Shown: positions 55,291 to 64,000 of the stretch, one piece after another | How the letters are laid out: the number at the start of each line of letters is the position of its first letter | Position numbering within the stretch: the first letter of the stretch is position 1 | Assembly: GCA_963809615.1 (NCBI GenBank) | Contig: CAWEKR010000011.1 | Span: forward strand, 50,951 to 114,950 | Direction of reading: 5' to 3' | Length of the DNA: 64,000 nucleotides | Origin: an uncultured Chloroflexia bacterium | GTDB lineage: Bacteria > Chloroflexota > Anaerolineae > Anaerolineales > UBA4823 | Program-made: the position numbers and the translations under genes | The notes under the pieces: generated by a model | Databases searched by the model: none | What the model was told of the DNA's origin: nothing | The model's input: only the letters and a program-made list of their open reading frames with translations

Positions 55291-56168
55291 TTGGTCTCCA
55301 AGGCGAGCTTCAATGCTATTTTCCAATCTGGCAGCTGCAAACCAAAGGTGTGGCTGAAGAGGTCACAATTTAGCGCCGAGAATAGGGGTCGCCTGGCGGG
55401 GGTGGGGAATGCGGCTGATTCGACAGGTAGCAGCTCATGGACAACCTGCTGCTCCTTGTGGGGGTCCAGCCTAATCACTTGCTGCCCCCATTCAAAACGG
55501 CTGCAATGACCAAAACCTGCCAGGTGATAGAGACCATGATGTTCGATAAACCATCCTTGCAGGTCAACCCTGCCCAGGGTGAGCAGAAGGGTGGTGACTT
55601 CGGCGAGCATGCGTGCCCAGGTGGGACCGCTGACCTGGTCGGTAACCAGTTTTAGCGCTGCCTGAGTGCGCGCCCAGTGGAGGACTTTGGTGACAAAACT
55701 ATCCCGGCGCATACTGTAGACCCAACTGGTACGCAGAAGGAGATAGGCGCCTGCAACCTGACAGACAGCCTGCTCACCCGCCAGCTTGGTGCGACCATAG
55801 ACGCTCAATGGATTGGGCTGATCGCTTTCCAGATAGGGTGACCCCTTTAGTCCATCAAAGACATAATCGGTGGAGAAATGGATGAAGGCAGATCCCACGC
55901 GAGCAGCTTCCTCCGCCATGACCGCAGGTGCAATAGCATTGACCTTTTCGGCCAGGTCTGGCTCCGCTTCAGCTCGATCTACGGCGGTGTAGGCAGCGGC
56001 ATTGATGAGCACATCAGGCTGGCAATCGCGGATTAACCGGCGCAGGCTGGATACATTCGCAAGATCGACCACGGGGTAGTCACAGGCGTTAACCTCACCC
56101 AAAGGTGCCAGGGTACGTTCCAGTTCCCAGCCGAGCTGACCGGTATTACCGAGAAGAAGTAAGCGCAT
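55287..56168 (-). CDS. rmlD: dTDP-4-dehydrorhamnose reductase
   Basis: MRLLLLGNTGQLG...INAAAYTAVDRAE...STDYVFDG...Y.SDQPNPLSVYGRTKL is the RmlD pattern, in an rml gene context. Confidence 0.9.
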   Translation of the reverse strand: MRLLLLGNTGQLGWELERTLAPLGEVNACDYPVVDLANVSSLRRLIRDCQPDVLINAAAYTAVDRAEAEPDLAEKVNAIAPAVMAEEAARVGSAFIHFSTDYVFDGLKGSPYLESDQPNPLSVYGRTKLAGEQAVCQVAGAYLLLRTSWVYSMRRDSFVTKVLHWARTQAALKLVTDQVSGPTWARMLAEVTTLLLTLGRVDLQGWFIEHHGLYHLAGFGHCSRFEWGQQVIRLDPHKEQQVVHELLPVESAAFPTPARRPLFSALNCDLFSHTFGLQLPDWKIALKLALETK

Positions 56169-56214
56169 AGGCGTCGTATAATTTAGGGGTGAACATTAAT
56201 ATATATCGATTCTA

Positions 56215-57099
56215 TTATCCATGGAACGGCAGCTGATCATCGAGTAGTTGTAATAAATATTGCCCATACTGGTTGCTGTCCATGGTCTGCGCCTGATAAC
56301 GCAGTATGCCTGCGTCGATAAAACCGAGACGGTACGCAATTTCCTCCGGGCATGAAATCATCATCCCCTGGCGGTCCTGAACCGTCTGGACAAAGTTGCT
56401 GGCTTGCAGGAGGGCTTCATGGGTGCCGGCATCCAGCCAGGCGACCCCACGACCGAGAACTTCCACTCGCAACTGCCCACGTGACAGGTAGATCATATTC
56501 AAATCGGTGATCTCGATCTCACCGCGGGCAGACGGTTTTAGACTGGCAGCCAGCCGAGAGACCTGGGAATCATAGAAATAAATCCCGGGCACGGCGTAAT
56601 GGGAGCGGGGTGTGGCAGGTTTTTCTTCGATGCTGAGCGCCAAACCACCGCCATCGAACTCTACTACACCATAACGCTCGGGGTCACGCACCGGGTAGGC
56701 ATAAATCAGGGCACCATCGGTGAGCTGGGCAGAGGTGCGCAGCTGGGCGGGCAGTCCATGCCCAAAGAAAATATTATCTCCCAGGATCAAACACACCGGC
56801 TCACCGGCGATGAATTCCCGCCCGACCAAAAAAGCATCCGCCAAGCCGCGCGGTTCTGCTTGTTCGGCATAGGAAAATTTCAACCCAAGGTGGGAACCAT
56901 CCTTTAGCAAGCTGCGGAAGGATGGAAGGGCATCCGGCGAGCTGATGACCAGGATATCACGGATCCCCGCCAACATCAGCATGGAAAGGGGATAATAAAC
57001 CATCGGTTTATCGTATACAGGCAGGAGTTGTTTGCTGACCCCAATGGTCAGGGGATAAAGGCGGGTGCCTTTACCACCTGAAAGGATAATACCCTTCAT
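56215..57099 (-). CDS. rmlA: Glucose-1-phosphate thymidylyltransferase
   Basis: [36 protein letters not shown] is the canonical RmlA N-terminus. Confidence 0.95.
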   Translation of the reverse strand: MKGIILSGGKGTRLYPLTIGVSKQLLPVYDKPMVYYPLSMLMLAGIRDILVISSPDALPSFRSLLKDGSHLGLKFSYAEQAEPRGLADAFLVGREFIAGEPVCLILGDNIFFGHGLPAQLRTSAQLTDGALIYAYPVRDPERYGVVEFDGGGLALSIEEKPATPRSHYAVPGIYFYDSQVSRLAASLKPSARGEIEITDLNMIYLSRGQLRVEVLGRGVAWLDAGTHEALLQASNFVQTVQDRQGMMISCPEEIAYRLGFIDAGILRYQAQTMDSNQYGQYLLQLLDDQLPFHG

Positions 57100-57114
57100 A
57101 ACCGCCTCCTCAAC

Positions 57115-58191
57115 TCATTGTCGTTTATCATAATTTCGCTCCAGCCACTCCTGGTAATCCTGCTGATGGCGTATTGCGGATACCCACTCGGGATGGGTGA
57201 GGTACCAGCGGATGGTTTTTAGCAGGCCGCTGCCCAGAGTATCCTTGGGCTGCCACCCTAATAGGGTATGGATCTTGGTAATATCCAGGGCATAGCGGCG
57301 GTCATGACCCGGACGATCGGGGACGAAACGCACCAGGGATGAATGCGGCACGGAGGGAGAAGTGGGCAATAACTTGTCAAGGGCTGCACACAGGTGGTGA
57401 ACAACTTCCAAATTGGTGGGTTGTGAACCGGCGGCGATGTTATACGTCTGACCAGGACAGCCTTTACGTAGGACCATCCAGATGGCTTCGCAGTGGTCTT
57501 CCACGTACAGCCAGTCGCGGATTTGTGCGCCATCACCATAAATGGGAAGGGGCTTTCCGTCCATCGCGTTCAAAATCATCAGCGGTATCAGCTTCTCGGG
57601 GAACTGGTAAGCGCCGTAGTTGTTGGTGCAGTGAGTGATAGAGTAGGGTAAACCGTAGGTATGCCCATATGAACGCACATAATGGTCAGCGGCTGCCTTG
57701 GAGGTGGAGTAGGGAGAGCTGGGTGCGTAGTTGGTGTCTTCGACCCAGGCGGGCTCGCTGGGTTTCAGGGTGCCAAATACTTCATCGGTGGAGATATGAT
57801 GGAAGCGAAGCTGGTCAAGGGGAAGTGCCTTCTCATTCAGCCAAAACGCTCGGGCGGCTTCCAGCAAGGTGAAAGTGCCGATCACGTTTGTGCGCAGGAA
57901 ATGCTCGGGATAAACGATCGACCGGTCGACGTGCGTTTCAGCGGCGAAGTTAACCACCGTATCGACCTGGTAAAAATGGAACAGGTGGTCAACCAGCGGA
58001 CGGTCACAGATATCACCCCGGACGAATGTGTGGCGCTCTGGAAAAGGTAAATCCTTGAGGTTCTCCTGGCTGCCGGCGTAGGACAGAAGATCTAAATTTA
58101 TCACGTGAACGTCCGGCTCAGCCTGAAGCAGGTAGCGGACGAAGTTGGAACCGATAAAACCTGCCCCACCCGTGACGAGGATGTTTTTCAT
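57115..58191 (-). CDS. rmlB: dTDP-glucose 4,6-dehydratase
   Basis: ILVTGGAGFIGSNF, HISTDEVFG and YSTSKAAADH (YxxxK) are canonical RmlB motifs. Confidence 0.95.
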   Translation of the reverse strand: MKNILVTGGAGFIGSNFVRYLLQAEPDVHVINLDLLSYAGSQENLKDLPFPERHTFVRGDICDRPLVDHLFHFYQVDTVVNFAAETHVDRSIVYPEHFLRTNVIGTFTLLEAARAFWLNEKALPLDQLRFHHISTDEVFGTLKPSEPAWVEDTNYAPSSPYSTSKAAADHYVRSYGHTYGLPYSITHCTNNYGAYQFPEKLIPLMILNAMDGKPLPIYGDGAQIRDWLYVEDHCEAIWMVLRKGCPGQTYNIAAGSQPTNLEVVHHLCAALDKLLPTSPSVPHSSLVRFVPDRPGHDRRYALDITKIHTLLGWQPKDTLGSGLLKTIRWYLTHPEWVSAIRHQQDYQEWLERNYDKRQ

Positions 58192-58748
58192 CGGATCACC
58201 TGCTCGTATACTTCCGCTTTAGAAAGGAGCTTGCCTTGTTTATCCCTGGCTGAAAGAATGGGCTCTTCACCGGATGGGATAGGCCAGGTTATGCTCAAAG
58301 CGGGGTCATTCCAAACGAGGGTGCGTTCCCATTCGGGGGCATAATAGTCAGTGGCTTTGTAAACCACCTCCGCCCAATCACTGACCACATAAAACCCATG
58401 AGCAAAGCCGGGCGGGACCCACAATTGGGTTTTATTCTCGGCAGACAAATTGATCCCTACCCACTGACCAAAGCTAAGCGACCATCGGCGGAGGTCGACC
58501 GCCACATCATATACCTCACCTGCAATGACGCGCACGATCTTGCCTTGGGCCTGGTGAACCTGATAATGCAAGCCACGCAAGGTACCATGCTGTGACCCGG
58601 AGTGATTATCCTGGACGAAGATGTAAGGCAAGCCAGCCGCGCCAAAACGCTGCGCCTGGTAGGTCTCCAGGAAAAAGCCGCGTTCATCACCAAACACCTG
58701 GGGAGTGATCAAGACGATATCGGGAATCTGCGTGGGTTCAAACAGCAT
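58188..58748 (-). CDS. rmlC: dTDP-4-dehydrorhamnose 3,5-epimerase
   Basis: FGDERGFF.E...Q.N.S.S..GTLRGLHYQ...KIVRV..GEVYDVAVDLR is canonical RmlC. The stop overlaps the rmlB start. Confidence 0.95.
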   Translation of the reverse strand: MLFEPTQIPDIVLITPQVFGDERGFFLETYQAQRFGAAGLPYIFVQDNHSGSQHGTLRGLHYQVHQAQGKIVRVIAGEVYDVAVDLRRWSLSFGQWVGINLSAENKTQLWVPPGFAHGFYVVSDWAEVVYKATDYYAPEWERTLVWNDPALSITWPIPSGEEPILSARDKQGKLLSKAEVYEQVIR

Positions 58749-58812
58749 GGGGAAGGGTCTCCAAATAGGACATATCCAATTGAATTAGTAAAGAAGATTA
58801 TACCAATTCGAA

Positions 58813-59625
58813 TCAGGGGTTGATGATTTGGCGTAGCCTTAGTCGCAGCTTTAATGGCAGCCAGGCATAGGTCAGGCGGCGCAAGTACCAACGGAATTTG
58901 AGCAGGGAAAGGCGAGAACCGCGTTCACGCTGGTAAACCCGGATCATTTCGGGGTAGCAACGCTCATCCATAGCGACAGATTTTCCCCCACCATGAAGGC
59001 GGAAATTCGCCCATAAAGCAGGTATGTAAACGAACGGTGCCAGCTTTACCAGGCGTACCCATAAGTCGTAATCCATGGCAAACTGAAAGGTCGGGTCGAG
59101 GGGTGCTACCTGATTCCAGGCACTTGCCCGGAAGAAAGCCGTCTGCTGAGGGATGTGAACTGAACCGCGCAGCAGCCTATTTAAGTCCGTTTGGCGGGAG
59201 GGGAAGCGACCGATGATGTGCCCGGCTTCATCGACCAGGTTGGCACCGGCATAAACCAGGGCAGCTTCAGGGTGGGCTTGCAGGCAGCTCACCGCAGCTG
59301 AAACAGCCCCGGGCATGTATGTATCGTCGGAGTTAAGCCAGGCGAAAACCTCACCGGTTGCGTGAGCGAAACCCTTGTTGAGCGCATCCGTCTGACCCTG
59401 GTCGGGTTCTGAGACCCACCATGACAAACGTGGTGCGAAACGCTGGATGATTTCCACCGAGCCATCGGTGGAACCGCCATCGACGATGAGGTATTCCACG
59501 TTGGGATAATCCTGTGAAAGGACTGATTGGATGGTCTCTTCAAGGAAATGCGCCTGGTTATAGGACGGGGTGAGGATTGAAACAAGCGGTTGTGGGCTCA
59601 CGATGTTAGGCAGGGATCCAAACAA
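58813..59625 (-). CDS. Family 2 glycosyltransferase (paralog of the next gene)
   Basis: PLVSILTPSYNQAHFLEETIQSVLSQDYPNVEYLIVDGGSTDGS...WLNSDD. TTG start 6 nt after the upstream stop. By hand alignment, 69 of the first 91 aligned residues are identical to the 59632..60627 product. Confidence 0.8.
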   Translation of the reverse strand: MFGSLPNIVSPQPLVSILTPSYNQAHFLEETIQSVLSQDYPNVEYLIVDGGSTDGSVEIIQRFAPRLSWWVSEPDQGQTDALNKGFAHATGEVFAWLNSDDTYMPGAVSAAVSCLQAHPEAALVYAGANLVDEAGHIIGRFPSRQTDLNRLLRGSVHIPQQTAFFRASAWNQVAPLDPTFQFAMDYDLWVRLVKLAPFVYIPALWANFRLHGGGKSVAMDERCYPEMIRVYQRERGSRLSLLKFRWYLRRLTYAWLPLKLRLRLRQIINP

Positions 59626-59631
59626 AACAGA

Positions 59632-60627
59632 TCAAATCTCGATCAGGTGGACACCCTGATCATCCAGGCGCAGTCCTTGACCATGGTGTTGGAAGCGGCG
59701 GCGGGTATTGCGATAGGCGAGGAACAGTTTTTCGAGGCCCAGGGTATTCCCAGCAGCTTGAACGACCTTGAACCAGTTGTGCAAGACAACCCCGGGAGAT
59801 AACCCTGCAGCTATTCGGAAATGATCCAGCGCCAGGCGGGGCTGACCGGCATCGATCAGCCGCTTTCCGGCGAAGACATGTAAGCCTGCATATATCTCCG
59901 CTCTCCGATGGCTGAATAAAAGCTGAAAAAGGGGGTCATCCTCCCGTGAGCGGACGAACTGGAAAGCCTCGTAAACGAACTTGGCTGCCTGAGCGATCGT
60001 CTTGGCATCGGCGTGGGTCCGCTCAACGGCCCAAAATTCACCCAAATGGAGAATTGGGCTGCGTGCAGCGATTTGTACCCATAAGGTATGGTCCAGGATC
60101 AGGTTAAACCCGGTGGGTAGAAACCCGGCTTGTTGGAGCGCATCCCTACGCATGAAAACTGTCGGCTGCAATAAGACGTTGAAGGAAAGCAAGTCCAGCA
60201 GGGAATACTGCCGGTAGGTATGCCAGTCCAATACCCTCAAGTCAGCATCGACCATGACTCCGTCGGCATACACCATGGCAGTATCCGGATGAGATTGTAA
60301 AGCCCGCACAGCCTGACTGACCGTGTCGGTGCGGAAATACAGGTCGTCTGAGTTCAGCCAGGCGATGATCTGCCCGCGGGCGTGCCCAAAACCCTTATTG
60401 ATCGCATCGGCCTGACCGTGATCAGGCTCGGAAACCCACCAGCTAAAACGGTCAGCAAAGCGCTGGATGATCTGCAAGCTGCCATCTTGAGAGCCACCGT
60501 CCACAAGCAGGTATTCCAGATTGGGATAATCCTGGCATAGGACCGAGCGGATGGTTTGTTCAAGATACTGCGCCTGGTTGTAGGAGGGCGTGATGATGGA
60601 GACCAGGGGGAGATCTGAGTCAGCCAT
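59632..60627 (-). CDS. Family 2 glycosyltransferase with extra C-terminal domain
   Basis: [44 protein letters not shown]...WLNSDD. It is about 60 aa longer than its downstream paralog. Confidence 0.8.
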   Translation of the reverse strand: MADSDLPLVSIITPSYNQAQYLEQTIRSVLCQDYPNLEYLLVDGGSQDGSLQIIQRFADRFSWWVSEPDHGQADAINKGFGHARGQIIAWLNSDDLYFRTDTVSQAVRALQSHPDTAMVYADGVMVDADLRVLDWHTYRQYSLLDLLSFNVLLQPTVFMRRDALQQAGFLPTGFNLILDHTLWVQIAARSPILHLGEFWAVERTHADAKTIAQAAKFVYEAFQFVRSREDDPLFQLLFSHRRAEIYAGLHVFAGKRLIDAGQPRLALDHFRIAAGLSPGVVLHNWFKVVQAAGNTLGLEKLFLAYRNTRRRFQHHGQGLRLDDQGVHLIEI

Positions 60628-62156
60628 TATGGAGCAGATTCCAAGGGTTGGGTCAGGTCGAAAATAAGGTAGCCATCCCCCTCCCCGTAAATGGGATAAT
60701 GTTCATACAAATAGCTCTTCAGCATGGGTAGAGCGTTGAAATCGTTGAACATGGTCACAATAAAATATTCCTGACCTTGCGTCGCTTTGTCGAACGCGGC
60801 TTTGAATGCTGCCTGTGGATCCACTGCACTGCTCAAAGCTTGCTCATCTCCAGCAGTTAAAAGCCAGGGAATGACCTGACGCCAGCCATAATAGGCTATT
60901 CGGTAGCCCTGTTCGTGGGTGAGACCGATCATATTTCCGTCTTTTGGCAAGTGCCCACCCATTTGTGTCCAGGCTACGGCTTCAATCCGGTAATTCTTCC
61001 CTAACATGATGGAGCGTGCCATCCAACCAGAGTAAGCAATTGAAAAGACCAGGATACCAACCACAGCCCAACGAGCCAGGTGACCCCGATCGGTGAGGCG
61101 GTCAAAAATCAAGCCGGCAATCGGGGCAAGCGAAAGGGCAACGGCGGGGATCAAGGGAATGGAATAATACTCGTGGGTGGTGATGTGGTACGAAAATGCC
61201 AGACCATACAGGATATAACCCACCCACAAGGCCAGCGGAATGATACGCGCTTTTTTGGGCAGCAGCCATACACCTACAAAGCTGATGAAGGCAACTCCCA
61301 AATCCACCAGACCACCAGCGAAGATGATCCAGCGGATGTAAAATGACGGTGATACCAGATTTTTGAGCAACCCGAGGCTAAAACTTAACCATCCGCTGGA
61401 TTGGCCGGGGATGACAAACAAGTAGTATACAGCTGGAAAAATGATAAGCAGTCCTGCCATCGCCCATACCTGAGGGTGTTTAACCGCCTTTTTAATCCCG
61501 AGAGTGGACAGCACGACCCCAGCCAGCATCAAGACGATCGGGAAGACCGCGGGCAGCTTGACGTAGGCAGCCAGACCTGCCAGCAGTCCGGTTAGAATTG
61601 CCCACTTCCAGGCAGGGCTCTCTCCCCAGCGATAGAGGGTATATGCCACCCACAGGGTTAACATTACCATGATCAGGTCTGGCTGGAAGATGCGGCTGAA
61701 GATCACGCTCCAGGGGAGGAAGAAATAGTAGATGAGTGGAGCAATCGCAGCGAGAGGAGAAGTCATGCGGCGGGCAAGGGCATACAGGGCGATGCCACCG
61801 AGCAGCCAGAACAGGATTGAGTACACACGTGCCACCCAGAGATGTTCGCCCCCGGTGACCAGGTAGGTAACCGCCACCAACCCCTCAAATACGGACGGCT
61901 CGCGCGGGTCCATTGTATTTGCCAAAAAGACCGCCTGTTCACGGGTGGCAGGGTCGGCAGAGGGCAGCAGCTGGTAATAGAGCGCCCGGGCGATGATGGC
62001 GCCGCGTAGCTGGCGCTGGGGGAAGTAATCCAGGGGAGGGTCGGTTAGGTCCACCAGGCGCAAACCCGTCCCCAGGATGAATACGGCGATAACGCAGATC
62101 ATAATCCAGATGGGGGTGCGTTTCGCCGTTACGGTAGGGATTTCCAGCTCAGCCAT
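60627..62156 (-). CDS. Polytopic GT-C type glycosyltransferase (ArnT/PMT-like, family 39-like)
   Basis: 509 aa with more than 10 TM helices. An early loop contains an acidic motif ([10 protein letters not shown]), and there is a soluble C-terminal domain of about 130 aa. This is the ArnT/PMT_2 enzyme architecture. The assignment rests on topology and context only. Confidence 0.55.
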   Translation of the reverse strand: MAELEIPTVTAKRTPIWIMICVIAVFILGTGLRLVDLTDPPLDYFPQRQLRGAIIARALYYQLLPSADPATREQAVFLANTMDPREPSVFEGLVAVTYLVTGGEHLWVARVYSILFWLLGGIALYALARRMTSPLAAIAPLIYYFFLPWSVIFSRIFQPDLIMVMLTLWVAYTLYRWGESPAWKWAILTGLLAGLAAYVKLPAVFPIVLMLAGVVLSTLGIKKAVKHPQVWAMAGLLIIFPAVYYLFVIPGQSSGWLSFSLGLLKNLVSPSFYIRWIIFAGGLVDLGVAFISFVGVWLLPKKARIIPLALWVGYILYGLAFSYHITTHEYYSIPLIPAVALSLAPIAGLIFDRLTDRGHLARWAVVGILVFSIAYSGWMARSIMLGKNYRIEAVAWTQMGGHLPKDGNMIGLTHEQGYRIAYYGWRQVIPWLLTAGDEQALSSAVDPQAAFKAAFDKATQGQEYFIVTMFNDFNALPMLKSYLYEHYPIYGEGDGYLIFDLTQPLESAP

Positions 62157-62255
62157 TTGTTGTAACCCTTATTTTTTGTACTCGTAGTTAACAATATATA
62201 TATAGAAGCTCAAATTAATCCTGGGGTGAAGTTGTTCAATTAATGGCAGGTAAGG

Positions 62256-63101
62256 TCATCCCGTTCGGAACAGGGACAGGTAATCGACCTTCGGAAATAT
62301 CGTCAGCTTGCCACCGACGGTCGCATCAACAATACGCCGACCCGCCTGTGCGTAGGCATCGCGCGCCCTGGCGTAGCCGCGTTCTGAACCAGCCAGGTCG
62401 GGCAGCTGCCATTTGAAGCCTTTGCCGAAATAATTGGCGGCAAAGTGGTTGGGGTCATCACCTTGAGAAATGACTGCCTGATTGGCATTCCCTTGGGTAA
62501 CATAGTTATGGTCCACACCCACGAGAATGATCTCGGTGAACCCCATATAGTATGCAAGCTGGAGGGCTACATTGGTAACTGTGAAGCCTTCGAAAATTCG
62601 ACCAGTCGAATTTGACGAGAAACCCTCCTCCCCGGTGAAGTCGGTATCCAGATAGGTGATATTTGGGTCCGGGTGAAACCAGTAACGCGACCGCCAGGTG
62701 ACGAACCTGGGCAGGGTGAGGTTTTGTATCTCGGCGGCGCATTGTTCAATCACCATATCGTTCACCGCGACCAGGCACGAGGTGGAAAAACCGAGCTCCG
62801 TGAAGAGCAAGTAGATGCGGTTTAGACCAAAGGTGTACTCTGCCCGGAGGTGGCTCAGGTCGGTCTGGCGCAGACTGGGGCCATTGCCGATGATGAAACA
62901 GCGCTGGTTTGCGTTTGCATTTTCAAGTGTCTTAAGCCTGTGGACACTCTCTGACCAGCGCTGGTCATACGTATGTGCCAGGCAGTGCCGTCCTCGGTTG
63001 TGCCACCACCAATACGCGTCTGAGCCCATTCCCCAGATTGGTTTTGGAGTGATTTTTTTTAACGATTGGCGGACGGTCATAGGGTTATACCCGGGCTCCA
63101 T
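62256..63101 (-). CDS. DUF115 (MptE-like / Maf-type) domain protein, putative sugar transferase
   Basis: CFIIGNGPSL...FGLNRIY...GFTVTNVALQLAYYMGFTEIILVGVDHNY matches the DUF115 pattern. The start is set at MEPGYNPM (ATG 63101), 10 nt after the SDR stop; 63080 is also possible. Confidence 0.55.
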   Translation of the reverse strand: MEPGYNPMTVRQSLKKITPKPIWGMGSDAYWWWHNRGRHCLAHTYDQRWSESVHRLKTLENANANQRCFIIGNGPSLRQTDLSHLRAEYTFGLNRIYLLFTELGFSTSCLVAVNDMVIEQCAAEIQNLTLPRFVTWRSRYWFHPDPNITYLDTDFTGEEGFSSNSTGRIFEGFTVTNVALQLAYYMGFTEIILVGVDHNYVTQGNANQAVISQGDDPNHFAANYFGKGFKWQLPDLAGSERGYARARDAYAQAGRRIVDATVGGKLTIFPKVDYLSLFRTG

Positions 63102-63111
63102 CGAAATTAAT

Positions 63112-63906
63112 TCACTCGGTGCTGAGGCGGGCGGTGGCACCGCCATCCACGATCATCGCCTGACCGGTCATGAATGAAGACTGTGTGCCATCGGCGAGGA
63201 AGTAAATGGCGTGGGCAATCTCCTCCGGTGTGCCAATGCGCCCGTTGACTGTTTTACGGGCCAGGTTATCCAGGCGGGTCTGGATATCACCCCCTTGGAC
63301 GTGATCACGCACCAGACCAGCACGCAGCATGGGAGTGTCTACAGCACCAGGCAGGATGGCATTGACGCGGATATTGTTGGGAGCAAATTCAATCGCCATG
63401 GCACGGGTGAGAGCTAGCAAGCCCCCCTTGCTGGCAGCATAGGCAGCAATGTTAGCAGACGTAGCCACGGCATGGACGGAGGAGACATTCACGATGGCGC
63501 CTCCACTGGCAGCGATGAAGAGTGGGAACGCAAGCTTGGCACTCAAAAAGACGGAGCGTAAATTGGAGGCCATGACTGCATCCCATTCTTCCACGCTGGT
63601 CTGGATGATGGGCTTGGCAATCTGCACGGCGGCATTATTGACTAGCGCGTTCAGATAGCCCGTATGGGCAGTAGCCTGGCTGAAGATCGATTCCAGGTTA
63701 CCACCGACCGAGATATCTGATTGGATGAAAAAACCATCCTTGGGGAAGGGTTCGCCGAACGGAGAGCGGTCCACACCGATGACGCGCCAACCCAACGAGG
63801 CAAAGTGGTGGACTGTGGCGCGGCCGATCCCTCCGGCAGCCCCGGTGATCAGCACGGTGCGCGGCATGGATGAATTTGGACGATCAGAGACTATGTTTTG
63901 CGACAT
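63112..63906 (-). CDS. Short-chain dehydrogenase/reductase (SDR)
   Basis: VLITGAAGGIGRAT (TGxxxGxG), NNAA, and catalytic S...YAASKGG (YxxxK). Confidence 0.9.
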   Translation of the reverse strand: MSQNIVSDRPNSSMPRTVLITGAAGGIGRATVHHFASLGWRVIGVDRSPFGEPFPKDGFFIQSDISVGGNLESIFSQATAHTGYLNALVNNAAVQIAKPIIQTSVEEWDAVMASNLRSVFLSAKLAFPLFIAASGGAIVNVSSVHAVATSANIAAYAASKGGLLALTRAMAIEFAPNNIRVNAILPGAVDTPMLRAGLVRDHVQGGDIQTRLDNLARKTVNGRIGTPEEIAHAIYFLADGTQSSFMTGQAMIVDGGATARLSTE

Positions 63907-64000
63907 CAGGTTTCCTTCGATAAGGTGATGTTCAAGCCTGCCAACAAATTTTCGACCGTATTCTGGTGCACTCTTTCCCAGGCTTTAGGGCTGGAATTGG
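63906..64000 (-). CDS. C-terminal end of an upstream gene (partial, unidentified)
   Basis: The minus-strand frame is open from the window edge to TGA 63906-63908 (..NSSPKAWERVHQNTVENLLAGLNITLSKET*). The stop overlaps the SDR ATG (TGATG), suggesting translational coupling. The fragment is too short to identify. Confidence 0.4.
   Translation of the reverse strand, partial: NSSPKAWERVHQNTVENLLAGLNITLSKET

Noticed and set aside
1-64000. Search for CRISPR arrays, rRNA or tRNA genes, transposases, integrases, phage genes and toxin-antitoxin pairs
   Set aside because: I saw no regularly spaced direct repeats, no rRNA-like or tRNA-like segments, and no ORF with recombinase, transposase or phage hallmark motifs. 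The window appears to be core chromosome rather than a mobile island.

Overview
This 64-kb segment is densely coded, with about 60 protein genes. I found no rRNA or tRNA genes, no CRISPR array, and no recognisable transposase, integrase or phage gene. The gene content suggests a Chloroflexota (Anaerolineae-like) chromosome. That is an inference from many membrane-anchored exoproteins with Pro/Thr-rich linkers, PD40/BNR/PKD/DUF11 modules and Gram-positive-type SOS boxes.

Layout, left to right:
- 1-3.5 kb: nucleotidyltransferase, lipB, a lipoprotein and hsp20.
- 3.6-9 kb: exported proteins, then a Hanks-type Ser/Thr kinase next to a TM-PD40 propeller gene.
- 9-14.8 kb: an HtrA-like protease, an atypical LuxR regulator, a DUF1801 gene, a decayed ABC ATPase remnant, and a GTPase/FHA/membrane trio.
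- 14.8-23.6 kb: an HExxH peptidase, an aminotransferase, an RNA methyltransferase, a BNR+PKD exoprotein, a small ORF and holA.
- 23.9-32 kb: a lipid-type gene pair, panE, a LysM protein, a thiolase and a PilZ protein.
- 32.2-40.3 kb, minus strand: ogt, an ABC-2 exporter, GNATs, tag, a hyper-acidic protein and an alkyltransferase-like (ATL) gene.
- 40.5-49.5 kb: a GH13 enzyme, an ankyrin protein, a frameshifted S9 peptidase, an S58 peptidase, coaBC and etfBA.
- 49.7-64 kb, minus strand: a glycan-biosynthesis cluster with rmlCBAD, wecB, three GT2 enzymes, a GT-C enzyme, a DUF115 protein and an SDR.

Most interesting observations:
- Two near-identical consensus promoters (24 of 29 nt identical) each carry a GAAC-N4-GTTC LexA-type box in the spacer.
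- One sits upstream of an 81-aa orphan ORF at 21853. The other sits upstream of the ATL gene at 40203, which is followed by a 297-aa protein.
- That protein has a central tract of about 110 aa that is roughly two-thirds Asp/Glu, making it a candidate DNA mimic.
- Together these may be an undescribed SOS-controlled alkylation-damage module.

Caveat: all start codons were chosen by eye from SD motifs and N-terminal sequence patterns, and all family assignments come from motif recognition. No searches were run.
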